Virus record (IMG/VR): IMGVR_UViG_3300020037_002952
Coordinates: 32,001 to 96,000 of that record
Length of the DNA: 64,000 bases
Direction: 5' to 3' (one strand)
Source of the DNA: a virus
Taxonomy: Duplodnaviria; Caudoviricetes
This document shows positions 63,984 through 64,000 of the stretch, one piece after another. The notes under the pieces were generated by a model. The model worked only from the letters and a program-made list of their open reading frames with translations. It had not been told where the DNA came from and did not search any database. Numbering within the stretch: position 1 is the stretch's first letter; each line of letters begins with the position of its first letter. The position numbers were made by a program, and so were the translations under genes.

Positions 63984-64000
63984 AATCAATCCTTTGGTAG

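Noticed and set aside
1-64000. Alternative genetic code, diversity-generating retroelement, integrase
   Set aside because: Long genes read through in the standard code with all three stops used; no reverse transcriptase, template/variable repeat pair or integrase-type recombinase was seen in this window.

Overview
This is a 64-kb segment of a large, AT-rich tailed phage (siphovirus-type), probably with an actinobacterial host. The host call is inferred from a leaderless TTGACA/TATACT promoter, DnaE, Ku, an Rv2632c-like protein, GYW-repeat propeller blades and a GGGAAAA chaperone frameshift. The + strand arm (1-37.35 kb) carries virion tail genes: a glycosidase-like appendage protein, major tail protein, frameshifted tail chaperones, a 2253-aa tape measure and an intein-containing tail tip protein. 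It continues into a replication/recombination module (Cas4-like nuclease, degenerate Sak4-like ATPase, SSB-like protein, primase-helicase with two inteins, DnaE, RecA) and a lipoprotein lytic transglycosylase. The - strand arm (37.7-64 kb) holds many small accessory genes: macrodomain, HAD, ArdA-like, DNA ligase + Ku + RuvB, two RNA ligases, a polynucleotide kinase, a BCS1-like AAA ATPase and a deaminase. An inverted three-gene membrane cassette interrupts this arm. The most notable candidates are (1) a coupled three-gene module of a truncated pyruvate phosphate dikinase (no pyruvate-binding barrel), a CX5R phosphatase and a large unknown protein; (2) a 113-nt tRNA-like RNA with tmRNA-type architecture; (3) a homing intein in a virion tail protein; and (4) an apparently self-contained Ku/ligase end-joining module. 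All family assignments come from motif recognition by eye; no database searches were run.
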